A program made the position numbers and the translations under genes. The notes beneath the pieces were generated by a model. It was not told the DNA's origin and made no database searches. It worked only from the letters and a program-made list of their open reading frames with translations. From assembly GCA_043228905.1 (NCBI GenBank), contig JBHGNT010000017.1:8866001-8930000 (forward strand): a stretch of DNA of 64,000 bases, in the 5' to 3' direction. How positions within the stretch are numbered: the stretch's first letter is position 1; every line of letters begins with the position of its first letter. Source of the DNA: Azolla caroliniana (taxonomy: Eukaryota; Plantae; Polypodiophyta). This document shows positions 1 through 12,700 of this stretch, in pieces.

Positions 1-2002
1 TCCTCCGGTTGTAGTTGCTATTGTTGTTGTTGGTCTTCGGCCTGCTCTTCCTCTCCAGCTCTATCCGTATCCGGCTCTATTGGTCTCGGCGATTCTGGCT
101 TCGGCTCCTCTGTCCTTGGCTCCTCTTGGTGTTGCACTGGGGCTTTGTCTGGCTCCTCTGGTCTTACTTCTTCCGGTTGTTCTACTCGGGCTTCGTTTGG
201 CTGGCCTCCGGTCCCGGCTACATTCGGTGGCTACTCTGGAGATTGCTCTCTGTCATTGATGTTAATTGCCGCTGACATTTGCGATGCTATCTGTTGTCTT
301 CACTCCCATTCGTATCGCTCGAACTGGAGTAGAGTGCCAAGCTGGTCATCATCCAGTTGTTCTACCAGCCGCCAACTGTTCCCCTGCCAGGGACAAGAAA
401 TCGTCTGACAACTCCTCTCAGATGGTTACAATACTCTCCGCATCCATCTTGTAGAAGTTTTCACCGTCCTTTCTCTGGTTTTCCGCATCCGCTCGCAACG
501 TCTATAATTCCGTCGCTTGTTGTGCCCATTTTGAGCACAATTGCATTGAGCTTTCACCAATCATACTCTTTGTTCGTTCTTTCCATGCCAGCACAATGGT
601 GCGGATCCGGCCGAGCCCCATCTTGGATTTGTCCTCCACAACTTGCTTTTCCTCCTTTAACTTCTTTATCAAGCCCGTGGTTGTTTGTGCCTGCACCTCA
701 TATTCCATGAATTGAGTTTAATAAGTTGTCTGAACTCAGTTCAGCGCCATCTTTGCTCGTTCCGTCTCCTCATAATGCTGCCGGTTGAGCTCCCTCCAGT
801 CCCTTGCTACTTCTTCCAATGCCTTTGCCATGTCGACCGCCTTGGTCCGTTCTTCCACCAATGCCTCTGTCGCCCTGTTGACTTCCTTCCGAAGTTCCCC
901 TAGCTTCTCCTGCTATTGGTCCCCTTCTGCCATCAACTTCTTGTGCTCCGCATCCAAATGCTTGTGATCCGGGTGCAATTGTTCAAAATCCTCCATCTTC
1001 TGCTTTAGCTTTTGGTTTATTTGGCGTTAGGTGTGGTCTTCCCGGTCTTTCTGCTTCTAGAGTTCTTCTTTGAGCTGCTCGATTTCGGTTTCCGCAGATC
1101 GCCGGAGCTTATCCTTCTCTTGTAGCAGCTTCTCCTTTTCTTCCTTCAAACGGTCATTTAATTGGAAGCTTTTCCGGAGATTTTCTTCGAGTCTTCGTTT
1201 CTCATCCTCCGCTGCCTTCTTCTGCTCTCATTTTCTAGCCCTCAAGGCCTCCTGGGCTTCTAACTCTTCCCTGAGAGTGGAGAGTTCTTGCTGCCATGTG
1301 ATGCTTGTGTCTGGTGCTGTAGGAGCTACCGACGAGTTATCTGTCTGCTTAGTCACCGGCGCCACTGGTTCTGGTCCTATCTGGCCGTGTTTGCTTTGGC
1401 CTTCTCAATTTCTTTCTCCATGCTCTAGATCCTTGATCGGGCCTTCTCGAGTTCTTCGGTTGTGGCAAACAACCGATCCCATTGTGCTCTTTCTTCCGCT
1501 TCAATTTGGCTTACAACCCCGGTCACCTACTCTCTGATCCATCACAATCATTGACTGTCGGTGCCTTATTGCCTTGCCAATTCTGATTGCGGTGTTGGCT
1601 CTGCTCTCGCCACAACCCCTGGTTGTATTGTTGTTTCTAGCGGAAACTCCTTTTCTTGCTGTGCTTGTCGATCCGGGGAGATTGGTACTTCTCTTGTCGT
1701 TATTGACCGATTAGGCTCTGTTTCCTTCGTTGGCTCTAGTCCCTCGGAGCGGGGTGTCGGTGTGTTGTCTTTTACCGGTCCCGATTCGTCCCCCTTCTAC
1801 TCTGTGTTGCTTCTCTTCCGGAGACGTAGGGGAGTGTCGGTGGGTTCTTCGTCCGCCTGCTCCTCTTGGGTTCTCATGTTTATCCCTTGAGCCATGTTAG
1901 GCAGCTCTTGCTCTTGCCGATGCAATTTGATTTTAGGAGGCCTAACCGGTTGCTCCACCAATGCCTCTATCTCCGCCTGCCTCTTCCGACTAGGTTGCTC
2001 CT
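1..2002 (-). pseudogene. C-terminal part of the P1 extra ORF (coiled-coil protein), frameshifted
   Basis: ORF 502..708 (KMGLGRIRTIVLAWKERTKSMIGESSMQLCSKWAQQATEL) aligns by eye with P2 eORF (KAGVDRIKFIMSSWSTRAQASINESTEKLWKEWAQQAAEL). Confidence 0.8.
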
Positions 2003-3389
2003 TGTTAGGAAACAGGTCCCTCCGGATGGGAAGTGAGAAGACCCGGTGAGAACCGGACGTGGAGTACCCGGCAAGGAAGACCTGGTGAGAACCGGATGAC
2101 GAGTGCCCGGCAAGAGCCGGATGATGCAGGCCCGGTAAGGAGTGCTCACCGGATGAAGGGACATATTCGTAAATATGTTTTTGAGAGTCCATTGGGGCTA
2201 TATTTGTAAATAGCCGAAAAGTCATATTAGTATAAATATGACTTAAGGCAAATTTAATGTAAAAAGAAAAGTTGACATTCTTGTTGGTGCAAGATTTGAG
2301 TGCGTTGTCGTGAAAAATTTCGTCCAGAGGCGGAAACCGGGAAATACTGGCTACATCGGCGGGGTGCACCATGTGCACTCACCCTCGTGTAATTGTGTGA
2401 AAAATAGGAGTTAAGTCGGGACGAAGAATCCCATGTACATCGGGATTTATCCCACATTGTAACGCATCCCTCTCCTTGTTTTATAAAAGGAAGGGATGGA
2501 CCCTTGTAGAAGGGTTGCCCATTTTGTATTAGTAGGGTATACTGTTAGACGGAGAGACGTTCTCTCTTTCTCTCTCTCTCTCTCTTGTTTTAGGGATTCT
2601 TCCTCTTGCTCCCCTCTTCTTCTTCTTCTTCTTCGTCCTCCTGTGCGTTGAGCCTTGATATCTAGCATTCCAGTTTTCTGTCCTGTACTCTGTGCAAGAC
2701 CCCGCTCGGCGTGACAAGCCCGAGAGCTCCCTGACCGGCGGCTTGGCAGTAGACGACGGTTGTACCTCGTGCGACCTAGGTCCGGCTTGAAGTCGGTGTT
2801 GAATCTCGTTGTCTTGTAAATACATATACATTTGGTTGTGCATATTCGGGCCTCTGTTGGTGTGCGTGTGTGTGTCTTAGTGTTTCTTTCTGGCTTATGT
2901 ACATGTTCATGTGAGAGTCAATGTTGCGTGCCTGCTCTCTCTCTCTCTCTCCCTCCAGTTTCTTCCAGTGTGGTCCTGGGGTGCCCTGGAAAGGGTGAAG
3001 CACGACTTCCTACGCTCCGTCACTCCCTAGTCCGAGACCCCCGTGGTCCCACCTTTCTCCACGCACGCGCGTAACAACGCGACAACGTAACTGTGTACAG
3101 AGAGAGAGAGAGAGAGGAAGAGGTCGTTGCCTCTGTTGTAACGGCCGCCTGTGGCGAAGATAGCAAGCTCGAGGTCATTGCCTTGGTGCTTTACTATTGT
3201 ACATTGTGATATAGTTATAGTTTGCAGTCTGTGGGCTGTCGTGGTTTTTCCCTAGTTTGGGTTTTCCACGTTAACATCCTGTGTACTCTTCTCTTTACTG
3301 TGTCATGCGTACATTACCCGTTTTTATGTGTTGGATCCTAGACTCGGTTGTGGCCGAGCGTTGTTCATCGAGAGCATGTACTCTTGTCA
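2003..3389 (+). repeat. Copia 5' LTR, interrupted by solo LTR 2306-3084
   Basis: Matches 8076-8679 once the insert and its 4-bp duplication are removed. Confidence 0.95.
2306..3084 (+). mobile_element. Solo LTR of the TGTCG...CGACA Gypsy family (779 bp)
   Basis: Termini TGTCGTG / CGCGACA. 4-bp TSD GCGT/ACGT (one mismatch). Absent from the sister Copia LTR. TATA-like TATAAAAG near 2482. Confidence 0.85.
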
Positions 3390-3392
3390 AAG

Positions 3393-3404
3393 TGGTATCA
3401 GAGC
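3393..3404 (+). promoter_or_regulatory. Primer-binding site, tRNA-iMet
   Basis: TGGTATCAGAGC, 3 nt after the LTR end. Confidence 0.95.
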
Positions 3405-6199
3405 GAAATGACACAGAAAATGGACGAATCGTTGGGAGGCATGTTCAAGATCACCGGCTCCAACTATTCCGTGTGGAAGTCGAAGATGATGGACATGCTC
3501 GTGGTTAAAGATCTTTGGTTGCCGGTTTAGTTCGGGGACAAGAGACCGGACAAAATCGATGCCACGATATGGGAGGTGATGCACATGAAGACAACGACGT
3601 ACATACGGTGCTTCATTGACATGAGTCTATACAACAACTTCAATGAAGAGAGCAAGGCTCATGAGCTCTGGGAGAAGATCAACATTATGTTTCAGAACAA
3701 AAATGCCATTAATCAGGTTTCGGTATTTCGGAAGCTAGTAAGACTCCGGTACCAAGATGGCTCCAGCATGGCGGAGCACATGAATGCCTTCCAGGGGCTG
3801 ATCCTCCAGGCAACATCATTGGAAGTACCTCTCACCGATGAGGTACTAGCACTACTCCTGCTCGGTTCCCTCCCAGATAGCTGGGAGACGTTGGTTGTCA
3901 CTTTGGGCAACGCCGGGCCAGAAGGAAATCGGTTATCCCTAGCAAGAGTGAAATCGAGCTTGCTAGATGAGGAAGTGCGTTGGAAAGATAAGGATACGAG
4001 CTCCGACTCCAAAGCACTCCTTACCGAATCGAAACGCGGAAGACAAAGGAACCGTAGTCCCCAGAACCGGGAAAAGTCGGGGACACGGTCAAAGTCAAGG
4101 GGAAGGCCTACTTGCTTCTATTGCGGGAAGCCGGGACACTTCCAGAAGAACTGTTGGCACTTCTGAAAAGACAAGGAAACCGACGGTACCGATTCGAAGC
4201 GGACACCAGACCAGAACGGTAAAGACCGGAGGGGGCTGGACCAGAAGGGAACGACTGCAATTGCGGCAAGTGAAGAAGAGTTGATGCTCATCACTGAGGA
4301 GAGTGAGTTGAACCTTGCCGACGACGAGATGACCTGGGTGGTCGACTCCGGAGCGTCATTCCACCTTACCCTAGACCAGAAATGCTTGTCATCCTACTCA
4401 GCCGGTAATCACGGTTGTGTTCGGATGGGGAATGAAGGTACATACCGAATTGTCGGCATAGGAGACGTGTGGTTGACAACACCAACCGGATGCAAGCTGC
4501 TGCTAAAGGATGTCTGACACATTCCGGAGGTTCGTCTGAACCTGATATCAGCCGGTCGGCTAGATGATGAAGGCTGCACAGGTAGCATCCGGAACAGTGT
4601 TATGAAGTTCAGCAAAGGGAGCCTGATTGTGGCTCGGTCCCGGAAGGTCAACACGTTGTACCTGATGAATGCCTGGTTATGTCCGGAGGAAGTGAACGTG
4701 GCAGCCGACACTGCCGGTGAGCTGTGGCACAAGAGGTTGTGTCACATGAGCGAGAAGGGGATGAAGAGGCTTGCAAACGACAACCTCATTCCAGTGAAGA
4801 ACGTGCACTTGGAGAAATGCACTGATTGTCTGGCCGATAAGCAAAACCAGACCTCCTTCCGACCAAGGCCACCGATGAGACATAATGCACCACTGGAGTT
4901 GGTGCATACTGATGTGTGTCAAGTGGACACGAATTCACATGCTGGATCGCAGTACTTCGTGACGTTCATAGATGACCACAGCCGGAAGCTGTGGGCCACA
5001 CCGTTGAAGACGAAGGATCAGGTGCTATCCGTCTTCGAAGAGCTCCACGTGAGAGTGGAAAGAGAAACTGGCCGGAAGCTGAAGGCCGTTCGAGCAGATA
5101 ACGGAGGAGAATACCGGGGGCAATTCGAGGAGTATTGCCGCTCGAAGGGAATCCGGCTCGAATTTACCATGCCGAAGACGCTGGAACTAAACGGGTTGGC
5201 CAAGAGGATGAACCGGACCATAATGGAGAGGGTTTGGAGTATGCTGGCGCATGCAAAATTACCCAAGAAGTTTTGGGGCTGAGGCGCTGTCGATGGTGAC
5301 ATATGTGATAAACAAATCACCCTCAGTACCCTTGGACGGAGACACGCCACAGAGAGTCTGGACCGGTAAGGAAGTGTCTTACCGGCATCTGAAGGTATTT
5401 GGGTGTCTCGCGTACGTGCATGTTGCGAAGGACCGGAGAGGAAAGTTGGATCCAAAGACCCGGCCATGCATATTCCTCGGTTACGGCGGCGATGAGTTCG
5501 GCTACCGAGTGTGGGACCCAGTTGACAAGAAGGTATTCCCGAGTCGAGATATTATCTTCATGAAGGACAAGACGCTCACCGACTGGGAGTCGGAGAAGAA
5601 GATAATGAACTCCAAGTCGACCGGTAAGGATCGATTCTACGATGAGCAGACCCAACCGACAAGAGACCGGTTAGCACTCGATGAACCAGTCGGTGACAGT
5701 AAGGAGACAAGACAGGCTGAAGAAGAAGGAATAGGTGAAACCGGAACCGGCCAAGACCCCGAATCGGATTCGGATGAAGAACAAATAGTGGAGCCAGTTG
5801 CCGAAGGTCAAAGACGGAGATATCCTCTCAGAGAGAGAAGGGCCCCCCGAAGATTTCCGGATGCAGAGCATGTGCTACTAACCGATGAGGGGGAGCCAGA
5901 AAGCTTTGAGGAAGCTAAAAGTGACGCCCATAGCCGCAAATGGTTAAGTACCATGCAGGATGAGATGGACTCCCTGCATGAGAACCATACGTACAAATTG
6001 GTGGAGTTGCCGAAAGGAAAGCGGGCACTCCGAAACAAGTGGGTGTACAAGTTGAAACCGGGAAATGCAGGCAACTCCCCGAGATACAAAGCCAGGATTG
6101 TGGTGAAGGGGTTCCAGCAGAAGAAGGGCGTGGACTTCGACGAGATATTTGCCCCGGTAGTAAAGATGACCTTCATCCGGACGGTGCTGAGTATAGCGG

Positions 6200-6890
6200 T
6201 GTCGTGCCTTTCGGCTCTGGATCGTTACGTGAGTCGGGTGGGAACCGCCGAGGTTTTGACTAGGAGGAAGAGGAATACAAATTAAGGCTAGTTATGAATA
6301 GTGGAAAGAGAAGTAAGATAGCAATCTCGTGAATCCCACGAGTTTAGTGTATCTTAAACAATATTTAGATTATAAGAGTAATTTAGATGGAAAAATTCGT
6401 GAATCCCACGAATATATTAGATTGATCAATCCTTGTATATTAATCAACAACCTTATACATATTTCTCTCCTCCTTATATAAAGATGGAAGAGGCTAAGCA
6501 TGGCTTCATGCTTTTTCACCAAAAGTGTCCATGCACACTAAATGTGCATGTGATGCTTTGTCATTTCCTAAGTATAGGGCTCATGCACGCTAGATGTGCA
6601 TGAGTCACTTTTTAATGTCACGTGTAAATAAAATATTCACCCCCTAAAGAATACATGATTTTTACCTTTTAATAAAGGTATGTGTAAATAAAGGTCTTAT
6701 ACGTATTAAATATATATATATAACACTAAAGATAAGTTATTACAATGGTAAAGTTGGGGTTTATCTACGTGGAGGTGCAGGGTTCGAATCCTGCCCTATA
6801 CACGTGATAAATGTTTTGATATATTATTTATTTATTTATATGTATCTAAAATCGGATATATTATTTTATGGTGTGGAATACACTACGACA
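6200..6890 (-). mobile_element. Solo LTR of the TGTCG family inserted in Copia RT (691 bp)
   Basis: Termini TGTCGT / ACGACA. Exact 4-bp TSD GCGG at 6196-6199 and 6891-6894. Removal restores RT SIAASMDLEV. Reverse-complement similarity to the LTR at 56828-57446. Confidence 0.92.
6738..6791 (+). promoter_or_regulatory. tRNA-like Pol III A-box/B-box module in LTR
   Basis: TATTACAATGG (6738) and GGTTCGAATCC (6781), starts 43 nt apart. Confidence 0.7.
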
Positions 6891-8060
6891 GCGGCAAGCA
6901 TGGACCTCGAGGTAGAGCAGCTGGACGTGAAGACGACATTCCTTCACGGTGACCTCGAAGAGGAGATCTACATGCAGCAACCGGAAGGATTCGTGGAGAA
7001 AGGGAAGGAGCACTTGGTTTGCTGGTTGAAGAAGAGCCTGTACGGACTGAAGCAGGCTCCCCGACAATGGTACCGGAAGTTCGACTCCTTCATGACCGAT
7101 CAAGGGTACCACAAGACGCAGGCCGATCACTGCGTGTTTGTGAAGAAGTTCGAAGGAAGCGACTTTCTAATACTCCTTGTGTACGTGGCAAGACAAATGT
7201 TGGGGATGCACATCATCCGGGACCGGTCAAAGAAGCAATTGTGGCTGTCACAGGAGAAATACGTGACAAAGGTGATTCAGCGGTTCAACATGTTAGAAGC
7301 TAAACCGGTCGGATCGACACTCCCAGAAAACTGTAGATTATTCGGTAAGAAAAGCCCGAAGTCGAAAGCAAAGAAGGTGGATATGATGAAGTTCCATATG
7401 TCTCTGCCGTTGGGAGCTTAATGTACGCAATGGTGTGTACCTGACCGGATATAGGATACGCAGTCGGAGTGGTGAGCTGGTTTATGAGCAATCTCGGCAA
7501 GGAGCACTGGAACGCGGTCAAATGGATACTCCGGTACTTGAAGGGCACTTCGAATATGTATCTCCGATTCGGCTCCGGTAAACCTGAACTTGATGGTTTT
7601 ACCGATTCAGACATGTCGACTGATGTGGATACCAGGCGGTCTACATTTGGGTATGTAATGACATATGCAAGGGGAGCTGTTTCGTGGCAGTCGAGGCTGC
7701 AGAAGACGGTTGCGTTGTCAACCACGGAGGCGGAGAACATGGCGGTTGTGGAAGCCAACAAGGAAATATTATGGATGAAGGACTTCATCGGTGAGCTCGG
7801 TATCCGGCAAGATGAATACCGGCTCTAATGCGACAGTCAAAGTGCCATCCACCTTACTAAGAACGCAACGTACCATTCCAGGACGAAGCACATCCAACGT
7901 AGGTATCACTAGATCTGGGAGGGAGTAGAAGATCGAGAGTTCGCGCTGATGAAGATCCACACAACCGAGAACGGGTCAGATATGCTGATGAAAGTGTTGA
8001 TACCCAACAAGCTAGATGCATTTCAGAAGCGGATCGGACTAGTATGACATCCCATGCCGG

Positions 8061-8073
8061 AGTGAAGGGGGAG
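8061..8073 (+). promoter_or_regulatory. Copia polypurine tract
   Basis: AGTGAAGGGGGAG immediately before the 3' LTR. Confidence 0.9.
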
Positions 8074-8075
8074 TT

Positions 8076-8679
8076 TGTTAGGAAACAGGTCCCTCCGGAT
8101 GGGAAGTGAGAAGACCCGGTGAGAACCAGACGTGGAGTACCCGGCAAGGAAGACCCGGTGAGAACCGGATGACGAGTGCCTGGCAAGAGCCGAATGATGC
8201 AGGCCCGATGAGGAGTGCTCACTGGATGAAGGGACATATTCGTAAATATGTTTTTGAGAGTCCATTGCGGCTATATTTGTAAATAGCCGAAAAGTCATAT
8301 TAGTATAAATATGACTTAGGGCAAACTTAGTGTAAAAAGAAAAGTTGTCAATCTTGTTGGTGCAAGATTTGAGTGCGTAACTATGTACAGAGAGAGAGAG
8401 AGAGAGGAAGAGGTCGTTGCCTCTGTTGTAACCGCTGCCTGTGGCGAAGATAGCAAGCTCGAGGTCGTTGCCTCAATGCTTTACTATTGTACATTGTGAT
8501 ATAGTGATAGTTTGCAGTCTGTGGGCTGCCGTGGTTTTTCTCTAGTTAGGGTTTTCCACGTTAACATCCTGTGTACTCTTCTCTTTACTATGTCGTGCGT
8601 ACATTACCCGTTTTTCTGTGTTTGATCCTAGACTTGGTTGTGGCCGAGCATTGTTCATCGAGAGCGTGTCCTCCTATCA
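8076..8679 (+). repeat. Copia 3' LTR (604 bp)
   Basis: TG...CA direct repeat of the 5' LTR, followed by TSD CTCCT. Confidence 0.95.
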
Positions 8680-8684
8680 CTCCT

Positions 8685-9319
8685 TCCTTTTTCTGTGATG
8701 AACCTCCCTCTGTCCAAACGGGCGTGTGCTTGGCAAGGAGTTGTTGCCGCTTCGATGGCTTGTTTGGTGTCGTATTGGCCGTTCGGCCCCGCGTATTTGC
8801 CTTAATTGTCAGCACCGACGGTAGTAGGAGAGTGAGGCATTGAGCCACTTCTGCCCACACCTTGTTGCCATGTACCACTGATTGTATGGCCGCTCGCAAA
8901 CAATCAGTGATGATTACATGCCAATCCACCTTTACCCCTTCGTATGTGGCGATGATGAATGCGGCTTTGTTCATTGGCATTGCCAGGGGTCGGGGGTGCA
9001 CAAACCCATACTCATGGAGCACACGAGCTACTTCTGGCAACAAGGCGTTGTCGCTGCCCTATGTCTAGTACGCTTTACTAGCCAGGGAGTACTCCCCGAA
9101 GAACTTCATTAGCATCTCTGGGAAAGGATTCTCAATGGAGTAGATCCCTCCCTCTGGCAATCCGATTAAGGCGCGGATGGCCTCCTCCGTGATTACTTCT
9201 AGGTCGATCTTCTTCGTGACCTTTTCTACTTCTTCGTGCGGAGGTGCCTCTCTTATCCGTAGGAAGCCCTTCAAGACATGTTGCGTGAACCATTTCTTGG
9301 TCGTCTCGTAAAGCGCCAT
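8685..9319 (-). pseudogene. N-terminal part of the P1 extra ORF
   Basis: MALYETTKKWF...FFGEYSLASKAY and EVARVLHEYGFVHPRP...ATYEGVKVDW match the P2 eORF N-terminus. Confidence 0.85.
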
Positions 9320-9769
9320 GGGCTCCAGTATGTCCTCTGTTTCGGTGGTGGAGGAGAGTTTGATGTGCCCGTGGTAGCTTCTGATGTTTGCCTAAGCACC
9401 TGTATCCGGCTCTGTGCGCTAACTACTTTGTGTTCATGAAATGAGAGAGACTATGTTATGCGAAGGTTTTGTGTTCCCATCTAGGCCGCCTTTTCTCGAT
9501 TCCCGTGCATGCACGTCATGTGCTTTTAATAGTGGCTGTGTGACGCATGGTGTGCTTTAAATGACTTACGTCACACCGTTTCGAGGTGTCCGTTCACTTT
9601 TTAATGGCCTGCATTTTTTTGCTTGCATGGTGGCTTTACTCCACGTCTTTATTCCTCACCCCTGCATGATGGGTTTTTTTTTCTTTTTTCTTTAACGTCC
9701 TTGTATCCGGCAATACCGGATCCGTTGTATGTCCCTCCTCTTGGTTGTCGGCTATCCGCTTGCCATTCC

Positions 9770-12700
9770 TGGTTTCTACTTCGGCATCCGGTTGTTTAAA
9801 CGGGTTCTGCGACATTGGTCCGTAATACGGTTTTAGTCGGAAACAATTTACAAATTTTTCCACGACCTTGTCGGCCAACGTTTGTAGCTGATACGAGCCT
9901 TTAAACTCTCATGTTATCCAGTACCGTCCGGTCCACTGGAACTGTAGCTTTCCCGGCATTTTGCCCATCCGGGTCTGAAATACTAACACCGGCTTGCCGA
10001 TTCCGAACATTTTCTTGTTCCCTTTCCTATGCTAATCGACGAATGCTTTCCTTCGTCGTTGCTCGAGTTCCAACTACAGAATGCTAGCTATCCGGTGTTC
10101 TTCTAATTCGCACAATGTCGCTAGTCGAATTTTCTCTGATTCCTTCTCACTTAACCTTTCTCGTACATGAATCCGCAAACTCGGAATTTCAAACTCTATC
10201 GGCATGACCGCTTCTAATCCGAAACCTAAACAGAATGTCCGGATACTTGTTTTGTATGCGGTTAGGTAAGGCCACAACGCACTCTGCAGCTTCGTGTCCC
10301 AATCAGTGTGGTTTTCATTGACTATTTTCTAGAGGATGTTCTACAAGGTTTTTTTGGTGCATTCAGCCAATCCGTTGACTTGTGGATAATAAGGTGTACT
10401 TTGCTTGTGTACAACCACATAAAACGTCGTCAAGCTCTCAACTACTTGACCGAGGAAATGTCCTCCTTGATCACTGATTAGTTCTATCGGGCATCCATAC
10501 CGGCACCAAATGTACTCGTATAGGAACTTGGTTGTTGAGGCCACAGTATTATCCTAAAGTGCCTTTGCTTCCACCCATTTGGTGCAGTAGTCTGTTGCTA
10601 CAATGATATACCGGTTCCCGGTCCGCATTGCCAGAGGTTTGAAAGGTCCAACGAAGTCCAATCCCCATTTTTGAAACGGCTCCAATGGTAACACTGGCTG
10701 GTATGGCATCCTTGCTTGTTCTGTTGGTTGGCCCATCCGTTGACATAAGGCACATTCCTTTGCATACCAAATCGTGTTCTTCATTATTGTAGGCCACCAC
10801 AATCCGGTTCACCATATCTTCTTTGCCATTGCTTCTCCGGCATAATGTCCTCTGGCAACTCCACAGTGAGCTTCCCATAAAATTGTCTCCTTTTCATTGC
10901 TCCGAACCGTGCTTCGCCATATACCGTCCACTCCCTTGTGATACAGCGTATCCTGCAGTAAACAAAATTGTAAGCTTTGTACTGCCAACCACTTCCGTTC
11001 ATCCCGGTTTAGTTCTACTGGGGGCAATCCAGTGCTTAAAAATTGATGCATATTCATCAACCATTTCTCCTCCTCGGCAACCGTCCCATCCACCGTATTC
11101 TCTGTTGTTACCCTAAACAACCGCGCATCCGGAAGGTCTTCTTTGATGTCATCGCCTGCCCCTCCGGATTCTGACCGGCTCAAGTAATCCACGATCGCAT
11201 GTTGTATTCCCGGTCTGTGGTAAATCTCAAATTCGAACTCCTGTAGAAGCATCGTCCATCGTGTTAGTTTGCCGGTTAGCGATGCCTTGGAGACCAAGTA
11301 CAGTAATGCCGAATGATCCACATGAAATGAGAATTTCCATCCCAGCAAGTAGTGATGGAACTTCGTTACGTTGTATATCATTCCCAAGGATTCCCTTTCT
11401 GTTTTTGAATAATTCTGTTCCGCTTGGGAGAGCTTTCAACTGGAGTAGTAAATCGGCCGGTACCACTTTGGTTTGGTGAGCTGTATAAGAACGCTGCCGA
11501 TCGCGATATCAAATGCGTCTACGAACACATGAAATTCCTTCGACCAATCCAGGGGTTGTACGACTGGTGCTTGGGACAACATTATTTTGAGCGCATGGTA
11601 TACCTTATCCTCCGGTTCTCTCCATTGGAAAGGTGTCCGGTGTACAACTATGTGTAGTGATGTTGCAAGATTGGCCAAGTATTGGAGCATTTGGCTATGC
11701 CATCGGATTTGCCCTAAAAACTGGCTCAGAGCTTTGGCGGTTGTTGGTGTCGATGCTTCCAAAATGGCTTTAACTTTATCCGGGTCCACCGCAATCCCAT
11801 CCTTACTCACAATATGGCCTAGTAGTGTGCCGCTTGTTACCCCGAATACGCATTTCGCCGGGTTCAGACTTAGCCGGTAACCTTTGCATTTCTCCAGGCA
11901 TCCAGATCTTTCCGTTTTTCTTCAGTACCACCACGATCGGGCTTAGCCAAGTGCCTTTCTCCACCAGCCGGATGAAACCAACCCGCAACAACTTGTAGAT
12001 CTCCTCTTTTACTTTAGCCGCGTAATTCAGATTCATCTGGTAACGTCTCTGCGCTACCGGTTTTGCATCCTTGCTTAAATGAATCTGGTGCTGATATAAT
12101 TGCGGGTTCAGTCCCCCGATGTCTTCATAGGACCACGCAAATACATCCTGGAATTCTTTCAATAATGTGACCATTGCCGATTTCTCCTCCGGTGGCATTT
12201 CTTTGGCCACCTGCATTGGTCTTGCTTCTTCGTTGGTTCCCAAATTTACATCTTCCAATTGTGATGCTTTCACCAGTTCTGATACTGCCATCTCCCTCTC
12301 TAGGGCCTTTTGTGCTTGTCGCGGTTCCCGCATCGCGTCCCTATCCGGCTCCTCCCCGGCATCCTCTGGTTGCTGAATATATGGGGACACTACCTCTGTT
12401 ACGTCCACTTCGAACAGAGGGACTATCCTTAGGTTTTCATCAAGGTAGAGATCTACCTCCTCATCGGCAAGCGCTTCCAGCATATTCACACTTTCGGCAT
12501 ATAACAGTATTACTGCCTTGCCCTGGGCCCGCTTGAGGGTGCGTGGGTACTCTTACCTTAGTTTTCCCCCTTCAAAACGTAATGTTGTTCTTCTGCCAGT
12601 TCTGTTTGATGTGGGCGGTCCATAACCATAGTCGTCCCAGCAACAATGGGTATGATCCTTGCGCATTCAACTAGAGGCCGATGACAGAAATCCGGAAGGT

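Larger units (their letters stand above)
3408..8047 (+). pseudogene. Copia gag-pol polyprotein, disrupted
   Basis: Zinc knuckle CFYCGKPGHFQKNC, protease WVVDSGAS, integrase LWHKRLCH / VHTDV / RADNGGEY, RT YKARIVVKGF / LDVKTTFLHG, RNase H TDSD. Several stops and frameshifts. The RT YVDD region is deleted (LLVYV|ARQMLG near 7187). Confidence 0.95.
2003..8679 (+). mobile_element. Ty1/Copia LTR retrotransposon (Tnt1/Tork-like), full length but decayed, with two nested solo LTRs
   Basis: LTRs TGTTAGGAAAC...TCA at 2003-3389 and 8076-8679. 5-bp TSD CTCCT at 1998-2002 and 8680-8684. PBS and PPT present. Domain order is gag-PR-IN-RT-RH. Confidence 0.95.

Noticed and set aside
3098-3116. (AG)n and CT-rich microsatellites (also 2560-2640, 8388-8406, 37550-37610)
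   Set aside because: Ordinary simple repeats in LTR or leader regions.
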